NCBI GenBank assembly: GCA_964607285.1
Contig: CAZSJW010000003.1
Coordinates: forward strand, 6,094-70,093
Direction of reading: 5' to 3'
DNA length: 64,000 bases
From: an uncultured Pseudomonadales bacterium
Lineage (GTDB): Bacteria > Patescibacteriota > Microgenomatia > UBA1400 > PJMF01
The position numbers were made by a program, and so were the translations under genes. The notes beneath the pieces were generated by a model that saw only the letters and a list, made by a program, of their open reading frames with translations, did not search any database and was not told the DNA's origin. Shown here piece by piece: positions 8,576-17,829 of this stretch (position 1 is its first letter; every line of letters begins with the position of its first letter).

Positions 8576-9492
8576 ACGATGCTACTGTATTTCAAAACCC
8601 CAATTTCTTCGACTACACGTCTGAAGACGAGAAACAGTACCGTCAAAACCTGATGGACTACCTGAATGCACATTGGACCAACACTTACAGTAAGGCTGAA
8701 CTATTAGTAGAAAGCAACTCACATGTGGTGTACAAAGTTTTCAGTACGGCAGACAAGAAACCTTCGGTATTGAAGTTTTTCAGGAAGAAATCAGAACGAG
8801 ATCTTGAACAGCATGCCCTAGTCTATTGGGATAACTCCTCAATTTCGGTTCCAAAAATCATATCTGTGCAGGATATTTCTATCAGCAATCTCGCAACTTA
8901 TCTAACACATATGGAGTTCGTCGAGGGAGAAAATATGCTCACTAAATTTAAGCTTGGTGATACCTACCTCACCAATGAGTATGGAACTGACATTGCAAAT
9001 GTACTCAAAACAATAGATATTCCTTTTACGGGCAATGCCATGCATTTTCCCCAGAGCATGTATGCGAGTTCTTTTGAAAAAATAGTTTCTGTTCCAGGCT
9101 TTGAACGGCAACTAAAATCAGCATTCTCTACATATGAGCTCTGCAGAAAACAACAACACCCAAGATTACTGCATGGGGACTTCCGAGACGGAAACTTGAT
9201 TCAAAATGCCAGAAAGATTACCATCGTTGACCCAGGACCTGCACTCGGACATATTGCCACAGATTTTATGTATTACTTTGCTCGCAGTTTTATTTCTGGC
9301 TTTACGAGTCACTTGGACGGGTTTTCAGCGTCATTTTTACAAAATAGAATTGACCTTGAGGAAGTGAAAGCTGTTGCCCTGTTGGAGTGTGCTAGGATCT
9401 TTCTATCTTTTAATCAAAATAACTATCAAGATCAGCGAGCTAAAGTGCTGGAAATGATGCAGTTGCTGATCGCAGATGCATTGTTCAAATAG
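8572..9492 (+). CDS. Phosphotransferase-family protein (APH/choline-kinase-like kinase fold)
   Basis: HGDFRDGNLI catalytic-loop-like motif followed by IVDPG; start at MNDATVF overlapping the upstream stop (ATGA). Confidence 0.45.
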   Translation: MNDATVFQNPNFFDYTSEDEKQYRQNLMDYLNAHWTNTYSKAELLVESNSHVVYKVFSTADKKPSVLKFFRKKSERDLEQHALVYWDNSSISVPKIISVQDISISNLATYLTHMEFVEGENMLTKFKLGDTYLTNEYGTDIANVLKTIDIPFTGNAMHFPQSMYASSFEKIVSVPGFERQLKSAFSTYELCRKQQHPRLLHGDFRDGNLIQNARKITIVDPGPALGHIATDFMYYFARSFISGFTSHLDGFSASFLQNRIDLEEVKAVALLECARIFLSFNQNNYQDQRAKVLEMMQLLIADALFK

Positions 9493-9509
9493 ACCTGCGA
9501 TCCCACTTT

Positions 9510-11285
9510 TTACTTCACCGTCACACTCTTGGCAATATTCCTCGGTGTATCTAGCGGGTTCCCCTTCTCCACCGCCATGTAGTATGCCAAAAGCTGCACT
9601 GGGACTATAGTAACCAGCGCACTTGCTTCCCCAAAATCTGCAATTTCCACATGAGCCACAGCCATGGGCAAAGAAGCACTGCCAAGGCTATACACTTGCG
9701 CGCCTCGAGCAGAAACTTCGTGAGCCGCACTTTCGATGTCCTTGAGAACAGCATCTTGAGCAGTCAACACTAGTACTGGAACACCCGATTGCATCAGCGT
9801 GATCGCATAATGCTTCAAGTCCCCTGCAGGTATGGCATGCGCATGTACGTATGAGCCCTCAATAATCTTAACCATACCTTCTCGGGCTATTTCCATAAGT
9901 TGCCCTTTGCCTAACAGGAATAGACTAGTCGAGTTTGCGAGCGTTTTTGCCAAAGCTCTAAGTTGCTGCTGCAACTGCGTATCAGCAAGCAGTATATCTA
10001 TCTGAGCCGCAGCAGATCTCAGTTGTGTGATTCCTGCACTGTACGTACTAGCAACAGAGTGTGCCAACAGAAACCCCCAAGCGCACTGCGATAAAAATAT
10101 CTTGGTGGACATGACACAAACTTCTGGGCCAGCACCAGCCATGAACGGAAAGTCAGACATGCGTGTCATCATTGATCCAGCCATATTAACGTAGCTAGCT
10201 ATTTTGACGCCTTTTTGCTGCGCATGTTCGAGTACCTCCAAGACATCAGCTGTCTCACCGCTTTGGGACGGGGCGATGATCAAATCGCCTTTCCGAAACA
10301 ATGACCAGTAACTTTGACTTTCCGCACCAATCAAACTGATTGCGTTTACATTCGCAATGGTTCTGAGATAGTACCCAATCTGCGCTGCAGCCGCGCCTGC
10401 TGTACCCGAACCAATGGTATATACGGTTTTAGCGTTCTTGATTGCTTGAGAAAGCTCGTCCAACCCCACCTGAGACTGCGCAACGACCGCTTGCAAGGTC
10501 TGTGCAGACTCATGAATTTCTTTCAGCATAAAGTGGGCGTAGCCAGCTTTGTTGAGGTCTTGCAGTTGGTTTTGGTGTGGAGCAAAATTGGCTTTTACGG
10601 GTTTACCTGTTGAAACCGTAAATAGTTTAACTTTTCCATCTTGCACTTGCACGATTTGTCCATTTTCGACCACTAATATTTCGCTACAAGCAGCTCCCAG
10701 AGACAATGAGTCAGAAGATAAAAGTATTTCCTCTCCACCAGAGCTTCGCCCCACAACCAGTGGTGAACCATTGCGAACTGCCAATATCACGCCTTCCAAA
10801 GTCAGTACGGCAAAGGTATTTCTACCCTCTGCTCTCTTTGCAGTAATGCGCAGTGCTTCCTGAAGCTGCAGTTTTTCAGTCAAGAACTGCTCCACTTGTC
10901 GTACCAGCACTTCGCTGTCTGTTTGAGAAATGAACTCGTGCCCCTGCTTTTTCAATGCAGCTGCCAACTCCCGAGAATTTTCCACAATTCCGTTGTGCAC
11001 CAAGGCAAATGAGTTATCTTTAGCTAAGTGCGGATGTGCGTTAGCCTTGGTTACTCCGCCATGGGTTGCCCACCTGGTGTGACCAAGCGCAACCACGCTT
11101 GCAGCAACTTTTGGCTCCATTTCCAAAGTTGGAACAGAGCCGACTGCCTTTTCACACTGGAGCGAACTCGCCACCTGCGCAACAACTCCCCAAGAGTCGT
11201 AGCCTCGATATGCTAATCGCCTCAGTCCTGCAAATACCTGGGGTGCTGCTGGCTTACCACCAACGTACGCGAAAATTCCACACAT
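9510..11285 (-). CDS. glmS: Glutamine--fructose-6-phosphate aminotransferase GlmS
   Basis: Start at MCGIFAYVGG (N-terminal Cys nucleophile, class II amidotransferase) preceded by AAAGGAGG RBS; two SIS domains; C-terminal ...LAYYMAVEKG.. Confidence 0.85.
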   Translation of the reverse strand: MCGIFAYVGGKPAAPQVFAGLRRLAYRGYDSWGVVAQVASSLQCEKAVGSVPTLEMEPKVAASVVALGHTRWATHGGVTKANAHPHLAKDNSFALVHNGIVENSRELAAALKKQGHEFISQTDSEVLVRQVEQFLTEKLQLQEALRITAKRAEGRNTFAVLTLEGVILAVRNGSPLVVGRSSGGEEILLSSDSLSLGAACSEILVVENGQIVQVQDGKVKLFTVSTGKPVKANFAPHQNQLQDLNKAGYAHFMLKEIHESAQTLQAVVAQSQVGLDELSQAIKNAKTVYTIGSGTAGAAAAQIGYYLRTIANVNAISLIGAESQSYWSLFRKGDLIIAPSQSGETADVLEVLEHAQQKGVKIASYVNMAGSMMTRMSDFPFMAGAGPEVCVMSTKIFLSQCAWGFLLAHSVASTYSAGITQLRSAAAQIDILLADTQLQQQLRALAKTLANSTSLFLLGKGQLMEIAREGMVKIIEGSYVHAHAIPAGDLKHYAITLMQSGVPVLVLTAQDAVLKDIESAAHEVSARGAQVYSLGSASLPMAVAHVEIADFGEASALVTIVPVQLLAYYMAVEKGNPLDTPRNIAKSVTVK

Positions 11286-11389
11286 GTGGCCTCCTTTGAT
11301 AGTGTTGATAGAAAATTTGTCAGTCGAAATAAATCGACCAACTGTGGTACGAACAATGCTTTGGCTCACTCGTTACCGAATGTATTTGA

Positions 11390-11545
11390 CAATGTTCTTA
11401 ATTGGCTTACCACTAACCAGAGGGTTTCCGCTGATGCTCATCTTGCTTTTTTGGGCAAGATGGTCCGATTGTGCTTTGGTTGTTACAACCTAGCACCCCT
11501 CTTCCTCGTTATCCCCGCCAAAGGCGGGGACCAGACGCTCTGCGA
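11390..11545 (-). ncRNA. Candidate glmS ribozyme / structured glmS 5' leader
   Basis: Minus-strand RNA upstream of glmS reads ...GCAGAGCGUCUGG-UCCCCGCC-UUU-GGCGGGGAUAACGAGGAAGAGGGGUGCUAGGUUGUAACAACC...; AGCG(U)C site, P1-like hairpin and ACGAGGA..GGGG elements resemble the glmS ribozyme core; about 320-nt UTR. Confidence 0.35.
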
Positions 11546-11900
11546 AAAAAATTTATTGAGTTTCCTTTCTAGGGTTTACACCTCCCAAAATATATGTATG
11601 TTACCTTTACAGTAATTGTACTACACAATAATTTTGATTTATTCAATTCAAGCCAAATAATAAAGAAGTACCAACTCCAAAAAGCCTATTTGATCGTAAA
11701 GCTCCATATCTGATTATCGCAGGTTGCATAGCACCAGTTCCCTATTTCATATACGCGCTTTCGAATTTCTCAGAAAAATCAGATTTTCGACCGCCTGAAC
11801 CTAAAAGTTAGCGCAAGTTGTGACATACCTCAGACTTCCCTTTCCTCAACTTCATGCTATAATTGTTCCTCTTGCAAACAAATAATTAGCAAAGATTTTT

Positions 11901-12284
11901 ATGAAACAAGGCATACACCCAAGCTGGAACAATGACACACTCGTTACCTGTAGTTGTGGCAACTCATTTCAAATAGGTTCCGCTACTGACACATTGACCG
12001 TAGACATCTGCAACAAATGTCATCCATTCTTCACAGGCGAAATGCGTTTTGTAGACCGCCAAGGTCGTGTCGAGAAGTTTATCAAAAAGATGGCAAGTGC
12101 TAAAGCTACTGCCAGTACCAGGAAAAATAAAAAAGTCAAAACACAAGTTGATACTGGTCCAAGAAAATCCTATCAAGATATCCTTCGCACCCAACAGACA
12201 AACCTGAAGCAAGCTGCATCTGCGCAAGCAAACCCTGCTTCAGACTCTAAAGCTGAAGATTCCTCCAAAGCAGCCAACAAGTAG
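11901..12284 (+). CDS. rpmE: 50S ribosomal protein L31 (Zn-ribbon type) with extended Lys-rich C-terminal tail
   Basis: N-terminal 65 aa match L31 (MKQGIHP..., CxC...CxxC Zn ribbon); additional ~60-aa K/A/T-rich tail; extended -10 TGCTATAAT upstream. Confidence 0.8.
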   Translation: MKQGIHPSWNNDTLVTCSCGNSFQIGSATDTLTVDICNKCHPFFTGEMRFVDRQGRVEKFIKKMASAKATASTRKNKKVKTQVDTGPRKSYQDILRTQQTNLKQAASAQANPASDSKAEDSSKAANK

Positions 12285-12350
12285 CTCAGCTTGATCAATA
12301 AAAACTACCGGCACTCAAGTGGCGGTATTTTTGCTACCATACAGACAGCT

Positions 12351-13334
12351 ATGTCCTCCACTTACAACCCCTACCAGCAACTATTAGAAGATCTGGCTAC
12401 TAGAATTGCAGAATCCGAGAACTTGCTTGCCGATCCCGAACTGGGAGAACTCGCCCAGCTCGATCTAGAACAACTCAGAGCTGAACAAGCTCAGCTGCAA
12501 GCAGCTACCGAGCAATTCGAAACACACACTGAAGAAGCTGGCCCTATCTCCTCACACGTAAACTGCACTGTTGAAATCCGCCAAGGTGCTGGCGGCGATG
12601 AAGCAAAAATTTGGGCTAATGATCTCCTGCGTATGTACCTGCGATTTGCTGAAATTTCTGGACTCAGTGTTGAGTATTTAGATGATTTAGTGGTCAAATT
12701 TAAAGGTCGAACCTCGGAAATTCCCAATTTAGAAGACCCAAGCGCAAAAGCAACCGCATACTCAGTACTCAAGTACGAGTCAGGTGTGCACCGAGTTCAA
12801 CGCGTGCCTGCAACTGAATCACAAGGGCGTGTGCATACCTCGACTGCATCAGTGGCCGTCTTTCCTGAAGTTCCAAAACATGCTGTGGTTATTAGAGATG
12901 AAGACCTTGATTGGCAGTTCATGCGTGCAGGTGGCGCTGGTGGACAAAGTGTCAATAAAACAAGCAGTGCTGTTCGCCTCACCCATGTTCCTAGCGGACT
13001 AGTTGTGAATGCCCGACAAGAGCGCAAACAAGCCCAAAATCGCGAGATTGCTCTTGATCTACTCAGAGCCCAACTGTGGGAAATTGAAGAAGAAAAACGT
13101 CTAGCTGATATTGGTGAAATCCGAAGCGTAATCGGTCGCGCCCAGCGTGCTGAAAAAATCCGCACGTACAACTACTCACAAAACCGAGTAACTGATCACA
13201 GAACGAAGCAATCTTGGTACTCACTCTCCACTATCATGGAGGGCCAGCTTACACATATGTTTACTGAACTTCACCCAGCACTAATGTCTGGAACTGTTGC
13301 AGAAACAGATGACGCTGCAGATGATTTGTCGTAA
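12351..13334 (+). CDS. prfA: Peptide chain release factor 1
   Basis: GGQ motif (RAGGAGGQSVNKT), PAT tripeptide (RF1-type PxT), start at MSSTYNPYQQL within the longer ORF. Confidence 0.85.
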   Translation: MSSTYNPYQQLLEDLATRIAESENLLADPELGELAQLDLEQLRAEQAQLQAATEQFETHTEEAGPISSHVNCTVEIRQGAGGDEAKIWANDLLRMYLRFAEISGLSVEYLDDLVVKFKGRTSEIPNLEDPSAKATAYSVLKYESGVHRVQRVPATESQGRVHTSTASVAVFPEVPKHAVVIRDEDLDWQFMRAGGAGGQSVNKTSSAVRLTHVPSGLVVNARQERKQAQNREIALDLLRAQLWEIEEEKRLADIGEIRSVIGRAQRAEKIRTYNYSQNRVTDHRTKQSWYSLSTIMEGQLTHMFTELHPALMSGTVAETDDAADDLS

Positions 13335-14522
13335 CTATTGAGGTGTACCCTGCAATGTAAGTGTGACCTCCTGCTCATCACCTGCACGCCAGTACGTTAC
13401 TTTGACCTGATCACCAATTTTTTTCGTATTGATGAGTGGTGCTAAATCAGTATCTTTCAGGCTTTTTCCATCAAATTCTGTAATAATATCTCTCTGCTGC
13501 AAACCTGCATTTTCAACACTTGAACCAGGAACAATCTCTAAAATGTATGCACCCTGTGGCACCTCGTTAGCCAAAGCTGCCTGTTCAGAAATCATCTGGT
13601 AGCGAACACCCAGCAGTGGTCTTTCAAACTGTCCTGTTTCATTGAAATTCTTAATTGACGCCCTAATTATATTGATTGGCAAAGCAAAACCAATGTTTTG
13701 TGCACCCTGCGAAACGGCTACATTCACACCGATTACTTCACCCATCGCATTCAGCAAGGGTCCACCCGAATTTCCAGGGTTGATAGCAGCATCGGTTTGA
13801 ATTACTCCTTCAAGATCTTCAAGTTGAAATGATGCGCCAAGTGCCTGAATACCTCTTCCCAATCCTGAAATAACGCCTGTTGTCACCGTGTGCCTGAACT
13901 CACCTAGTGCAGTACCAATCGCAATAACTGACTCACCAACTCGAATTTCGTCCGAGTTACCAAGTGGCAAAGGATCTTGTTCGAGACCCTCTACGCGTAA
14001 GATTGCCAAGTCATTTGCTGGATCACGATAGATGTTGGTAACTGTATGTTCTTTGTCTGCTGCATCAATCACTGTGTACTGTACTGACGGATCGGACACA
14101 ACGTGTTTGTTGGTAACAATCAAACCAGTTTCATCAACTACAAATCCAGTGCCTATATCTTGCTGTATTTCCTCAAAATCATTAGCTCTAGGAACTTGAA
14201 AGTTGAATATACCACCACCAAACACATCAAACCGTTGTTGGCGTCTAGTTACCGAAACAGTCACAACCGACTGCGAAGCACGCTCTGCAATATCGGGAAT
14301 AGTTGCACTTCCTGAGCTAGTCGGTAAAAAATCAGCTAATGCTGAACGAGAACGATCGGGCTGTCCATTGTTTTGCTCACGAACTACCAGCGCATCCAAG
14401 GGTGAAATGACAAATATGCGATCTGCAATTGCCCCCCCAAAAAACGAGGCAAGCACGAGGACTGATACTGATAAACCAAGTAGAAATGGCCTTAGACTTT
14501 TGGATAGTGAGGTGTCCGTCAT
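13335..14522 (-). CDS. HtrA/DegP-family serine protease with PDZ domain
   Basis: Trypsin-like catalytic motifs (GNSGGPLLN, HTVTN.., D), C-terminal PDZ, N-terminal TM anchor. Confidence 0.8.
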   Translation of the reverse strand: MTDTSLSKSLRPFLLGLSVSVLVLASFFGGAIADRIFVISPLDALVVREQNNGQPDRSRSALADFLPTSSGSATIPDIAERASQSVVTVSVTRRQQRFDVFGGGIFNFQVPRANDFEEIQQDIGTGFVVDETGLIVTNKHVVSDPSVQYTVIDAADKEHTVTNIYRDPANDLAILRVEGLEQDPLPLGNSDEIRVGESVIAIGTALGEFRHTVTTGVISGLGRGIQALGASFQLEDLEGVIQTDAAINPGNSGGPLLNAMGEVIGVNVAVSQGAQNIGFALPINIIRASIKNFNETGQFERPLLGVRYQMISEQAALANEVPQGAYILEIVPGSSVENAGLQQRDIITEFDGKSLKDTDLAPLINTKKIGDQVKVTYWRAGDEQEVTLTLQGTPQ

Positions 14523-14577
14523 ATCCCCCTTTCCACGTTCTCAAACAATGAGTACATCTACGTAAAGCGCGTCTATA

Positions 14578-15870
14578 TTACAACACCTCAATGGCTTTTA
14601 GCAACTGCTCATCAGCCTCTGTTTCAGGATCCTGCTTGACTTCAACATCTACAGGGATTCCTGTTTCGTGAATCCACTCTCCCTCTGGCAACATCCACTG
14701 TGCAACTGTTACATGTAACCCTGCACCATTGCTAAGTGCTTGTCGATCTTGGACTGTTCCTTTGCCAAAGGTTTGCTCGCCCACCAATTTTGCATCAAGA
14801 CGATCACGTAAAGCACCTGCCACAATTTCGGACGCAGACGCAGAACCTTTATTCACCAGAACTTCAATTGGAATACCTTTGAGTCTTGCTTTACCTCTGG
14901 TTGGAAACGCTTGCTCGTTATATTTACCTTTTTGAATTACCACGGTTCCGCCATCGATAAACTCACTTGCAATTGCAATTGCGCCGTCAAAAAATCCTCC
15001 TGGATTATTTCGCATATCCAGCACAATTCCTGCAATTGACCCTTTTTCCTTGAGCACCTCGGACACTATGTTATCCCACTCACCATTAGTTCTTTCACCA
15101 AAACGGCTTAGCTGTATGTGAGCTACTCGTTTACCATTGCTTTCAACAAAATCTAACTCAGCGGACTTCACCACAATTTCTCCACGCTGCAGAGGTACTT
15201 CAAACGGCTCATTCTTGCCTTCCCGAACCATTGTCAAAGTCACTGTGCTGCCTTTTGGTCCTCGGATTGCTTCTACAGCTTGCTCAAGTGACCAACCTGC
15301 TGTATCCTCAGATAGGTCCTTTTCATCGTCCGCTACCTTGATAATTAAATCGCCCGCCTCAACATCTCCTGCATCTGCTGGTGTATCAGGAAGTGGTGCT
15401 ATTACAGCAAGTACACCATCTTTATACCCAAGCTCAATACCTACACCAAAAAAAGCTCCAGCTAAGTCTTGTCCGCTCCGTTCATTCTCAACGGGTGGCA
15501 AATACATTGTATAAGGATCTCCTAGGGATGCTGTCATTCCCCCTATCGCTCCGTGCACCATTTTTTCAGTATCAAGGTTTTCTTGTTTTAAATAGTCTCG
15601 TTGTAGGATAGACCACACCTCCCAGAATGCACCAAAGTCCACATCTGCTTTGTCTTGTGGCTGCTCTGAGTTGACCAGTTTTGCTAACTCCGTAGTAGTC
15701 TGGTTGATACTTTGCCCTCCCAGAAGTTTGGTAGCAATGAGATATCTGTTTTCCAGAAACATACCCAATACCAGCACAAGTCCAAACATTAAGATAGATT
15801 GCAAACTAGCAACTGTAGAACGCATAGGCCCTCTATTGTAAGATGAAGTGACTTGTCTGTGAAGGTGCAA
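14578..15870 (-). CDS. Carboxyl-terminal processing protease (S41 family, CtpA-like)
   Basis: S41 motifs: GSASASEIVAGAL, PDZ domain, LVNKGSAS; N-terminal TM. Confidence 0.8.
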   Translation of the reverse strand: MHLHRQVTSSYNRGPMRSTVASLQSILMFGLVLVLGMFLENRYLIATKLLGGQSINQTTTELAKLVNSEQPQDKADVDFGAFWEVWSILQRDYLKQENLDTEKMVHGAIGGMTASLGDPYTMYLPPVENERSGQDLAGAFFGVGIELGYKDGVLAVIAPLPDTPADAGDVEAGDLIIKVADDEKDLSEDTAGWSLEQAVEAIRGPKGSTVTLTMVREGKNEPFEVPLQRGEIVVKSAELDFVESNGKRVAHIQLSRFGERTNGEWDNIVSEVLKEKGSIAGIVLDMRNNPGGFFDGAIAIASEFIDGGTVVIQKGKYNEQAFPTRGKARLKGIPIEVLVNKGSASASEIVAGALRDRLDAKLVGEQTFGKGTVQDRQALSNGAGLHVTVAQWMLPEGEWIHETGIPVDVEVKQDPETEADEQLLKAIEVL

Positions 15871-15889
15871 GCCAACTTGTGTAACCGGG

Positions 15890-16141
15890 TTGTGTGTACA
15901 TCAATATAGATATTTTTTGATCTATTTAGTACAATTGAAATATATGATCGTATCAATGCAAGAACAAATAATTCATCCATCTGACATTAGGTCGTACGTC
16001 ATTGAACACGGGGAACGATTTCATGCACAGCAGGAACATCTCACTCAACTGTTAGCACTTGTCCCATCAGAATATCGTACTAAATCAGTTGTAGACTTTT
16101 CAAGTAAAAGTGACAAAAAAACTGTCGGCATTAGAAGTTAG
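15890..16141 (+). CDS. Hypothetical small protein (AT-rich region)
   Basis: 83-aa ORF in AT-rich segment; overlaps the next ORF in another frame. Confidence 0.2.
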   Translation: MCVHQYRYFLIYLVQLKYMIVSMQEQIIHPSDIRSYVIEHGERFHAQQEHLTQLLALVPSEYRTKSVVDFSSKSDKKTVGIRS

Positions 16142-16445
16142 TACCCCTGATTCGTTTGAAAATATTCAAGATGCAGTCAATTCTGCATATTTACAAAATG
16201 GAAGCGGATCAAGCCTGACTGGTTTACTCTCAACTATTATGGAAGCTCAAAATTGGACAGTATCAGATGTACAAGGCGGTTGGAAAGGATATTTAGAAAT
16301 TGGCAAAAATATGGGTCTCATACTGATTTCTGAAAATGAAACCTTATCTATTAATCCTTTAATTCTTTCATTGTTTCTTACTGGACTCAGCACCAAAGTT
16401 TCTAAACGCCGAGATGAAGATCTCCGCAGTGAACTCAGAGAATAA
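16110..16445 (+). CDS. Hypothetical protein (AT-rich region)
   Basis: 111-aa ORF, no motifs; followed by strong terminator. Confidence 0.3.
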   Translation: MTKKLSALEVSTPDSFENIQDAVNSAYLQNGSGSSLTGLLSTIMEAQNWTVSDVQGGWKGYLEIGKNMGLILISENETLSINPLILSLFLTGLSTKVSKRRDEDLRSELRE

Positions 16446-16475
16446 AATTGGTCTGAGTGAGCTAATTACTCATCA

Positions 16476-16506
16476 AAAAGCCCTGGGTTTCTGTCCCAGG
16501 GCTTTT
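16476..16506. terminator. Bidirectional intrinsic terminator
   Basis: AAAAGCCCTGGG-TTTCTGT-CCCAGGGCTTTT: 8-bp GC-rich stem flanked by A-run and T-run, between convergent genes. Confidence 0.75.
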
Positions 16507-16528
16507 AAAATATTTTTCAGCATACGAC

Positions 16529-16759
16529 TTACAAGACTTGGGTAAACGGTAGCATTGCCAAGTGGCGAGCGCGTTTGATCGCGGTTGCCAACCGTTTCTG
16601 TTGCTTTTGTGAAATACCAGACTGAGCTCGTGCAATAATTGAGCCTTGCTCAGTGAGGTATCGCTTCAGTTCCTCAGGTTTTTTGTAAGTGAATGTGAGT
16701 GCAGCGCTTGCACGTGTCACTTTACGTTTTGGTTTTCTAATTTTTTTCTTTGGTTTCAT
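16529..16759 (-). CDS. rpsR: 30S ribosomal protein S18
   Basis: 76 aa; KRYLTEQG..I..R...G....QR.LA.AIKRAR motif typical of S18. Confidence 0.85.
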   Translation of the reverse strand: MKPKKKIRKPKRKVTRASAALTFTYKKPEELKRYLTEQGSIIARAQSGISQKQQKRLATAIKRARHLAMLPFTQVL

Positions 16760-16781
16760 ATATTCTTTCTAGAATTACTTT

Positions 16782-17276
16782 TTAAAAAGGTACGTCATCT
16801 GATACATCTTCTACTGAATCAACTTCGTCAGAACTATCTGCTGAACGCTCTTGGTCAGATGATTTACTGGACTTGGAAGAACCTCCGCTCTGCTCATCAC
16901 CGTAGTCTTCGTCGGATTGGTATGAACCACCACCTCGTGCTGAACGTAGTAGGATCATGTTCTCGATCACAACTTCGGTGGTCTTGCGTTCTGTACCATC
17001 ATCACCTTTCCAATCACGAGTTTGCAAACGACCCTCAACATACACTTTGTCACCCTTGTGTAAAATTTGACCACAAATATCTGCTAACTTAGACCAAGCA
17101 ACAATGTTGTGATACTCAACTCGCTCTTGCTTCTCACCACCCTCAGTTGGAGTCCAAGTTCGATTGGTAGCAACACCAAATGAACAAACTGCAGCACCAC
17201 CAGGGGTGTAGCGAAGATTTGGATCTCGAGTTAGGTTACCAATAAGTATTACTTTGTTGAGTGATCGAGCTGACAT
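16782..17276 (-). CDS. ssb: Single-stranded DNA-binding protein
   Basis: OB-fold N-terminal (VILIGNLTRDPNLRYTPGG), Gly/Ser-rich linker, acidic C-terminal DDVPF tip. Confidence 0.85.
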   Translation of the reverse strand: MSARSLNKVILIGNLTRDPNLRYTPGGAAVCSFGVATNRTWTPTEGGEKQERVEYHNIVAWSKLADICGQILHKGDKVYVEGRLQTRDWKGDDGTERKTTEVVIENMILLRSARGGGSYQSDEDYGDEQSGGSSKSSKSSDQERSADSSDEVDSVEDVSDDVPF

Positions 17277-17348
17277 GTTTGTTCCTTTCGTGTATTTCTG
17301 CTCTGATTGCGAGTATATGCTCTGTTTCCTACACTAAGTGTAGCGTAT

Positions 17349-17714
17349 TTACTCTGTTTCTACTTTTGCAGAAGTTTCCCCTAATCCAACAGCCTCAGCT
17401 ATTACAAATAAATGTCGCAAAATGGCTTGTTGTAAGTACAGATCACGCTCAAACAATTGCGCAGCTGTAGCGTCACCTTCAAGTAACCAGTGCTTATACA
17501 CTGCTTGTGTATTTCGAGTACCTGAGTGCTTGATAGGATATGCTAGATCTTTCTTGCCCCAATCTTCTAGAGACACGACTGTAAAATTAAACTTCTTCAC
17601 CAAAGCAACAACTGCATCAACAGCCTGATTGAGCTCGGTAGAAGTCAATGTAGCGGGAAATAAAACGGTCAGTTCGTACTGACGCACACGCGTATCTTGC
17701 GCTAGCTCTAACAT
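17349..17714 (-). CDS. rpsF: 30S ribosomal protein S6
   Basis: Start MLELA after GGAGGA RBS; YELTVLF... S6 signature; classic rpsF-ssb-rpsR order. Confidence 0.8.
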   Translation of the reverse strand: MLELAQDTRVRQYELTVLFPATLTSTELNQAVDAVVALVKKFNFTVVSLEDWGKKDLAYPIKHSGTRNTQAVYKHWLLEGDATAAQLFERDLYLQQAILRHLFVIAEAVGLGETSAKVETE

Positions 17715-17806
17715 AGATCCTCCTTTTGAGCACCATGGCTCAAGTGTGCACTCACCCTGGAGTATTGGAATTCCGCTAAAAGCGGAATGGGTGAGGCTGT
17801 ATACTA
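17715..17806 (-). promoter_or_regulatory. Structured rpsF 5' leader (nested hairpins), candidate S6:S18 autoregulatory element, with upstream -10
   Basis: Nested inverted repeats CTCACCC(17751-57)/GGGTGAG(17789-95) and ATTCCGC(17770-76)-TAAAA-GCGGAAT(17782-88) within the 5' UTR; minus-strand TATAAT at 17818-17813. Confidence 0.4.
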
Positions 17807-17829
17807 AGGGGTATTATAGCACGAATATT

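Noticed and set aside
11511-11529. CCCCGCC-AAAG-GCGGGG hairpin as a terminator
   Set aside because: There is no flanking U-tract on either strand. It sits inside the glmS 5' UTR and is better explained as the P1-like helix of the putative ribozyme.
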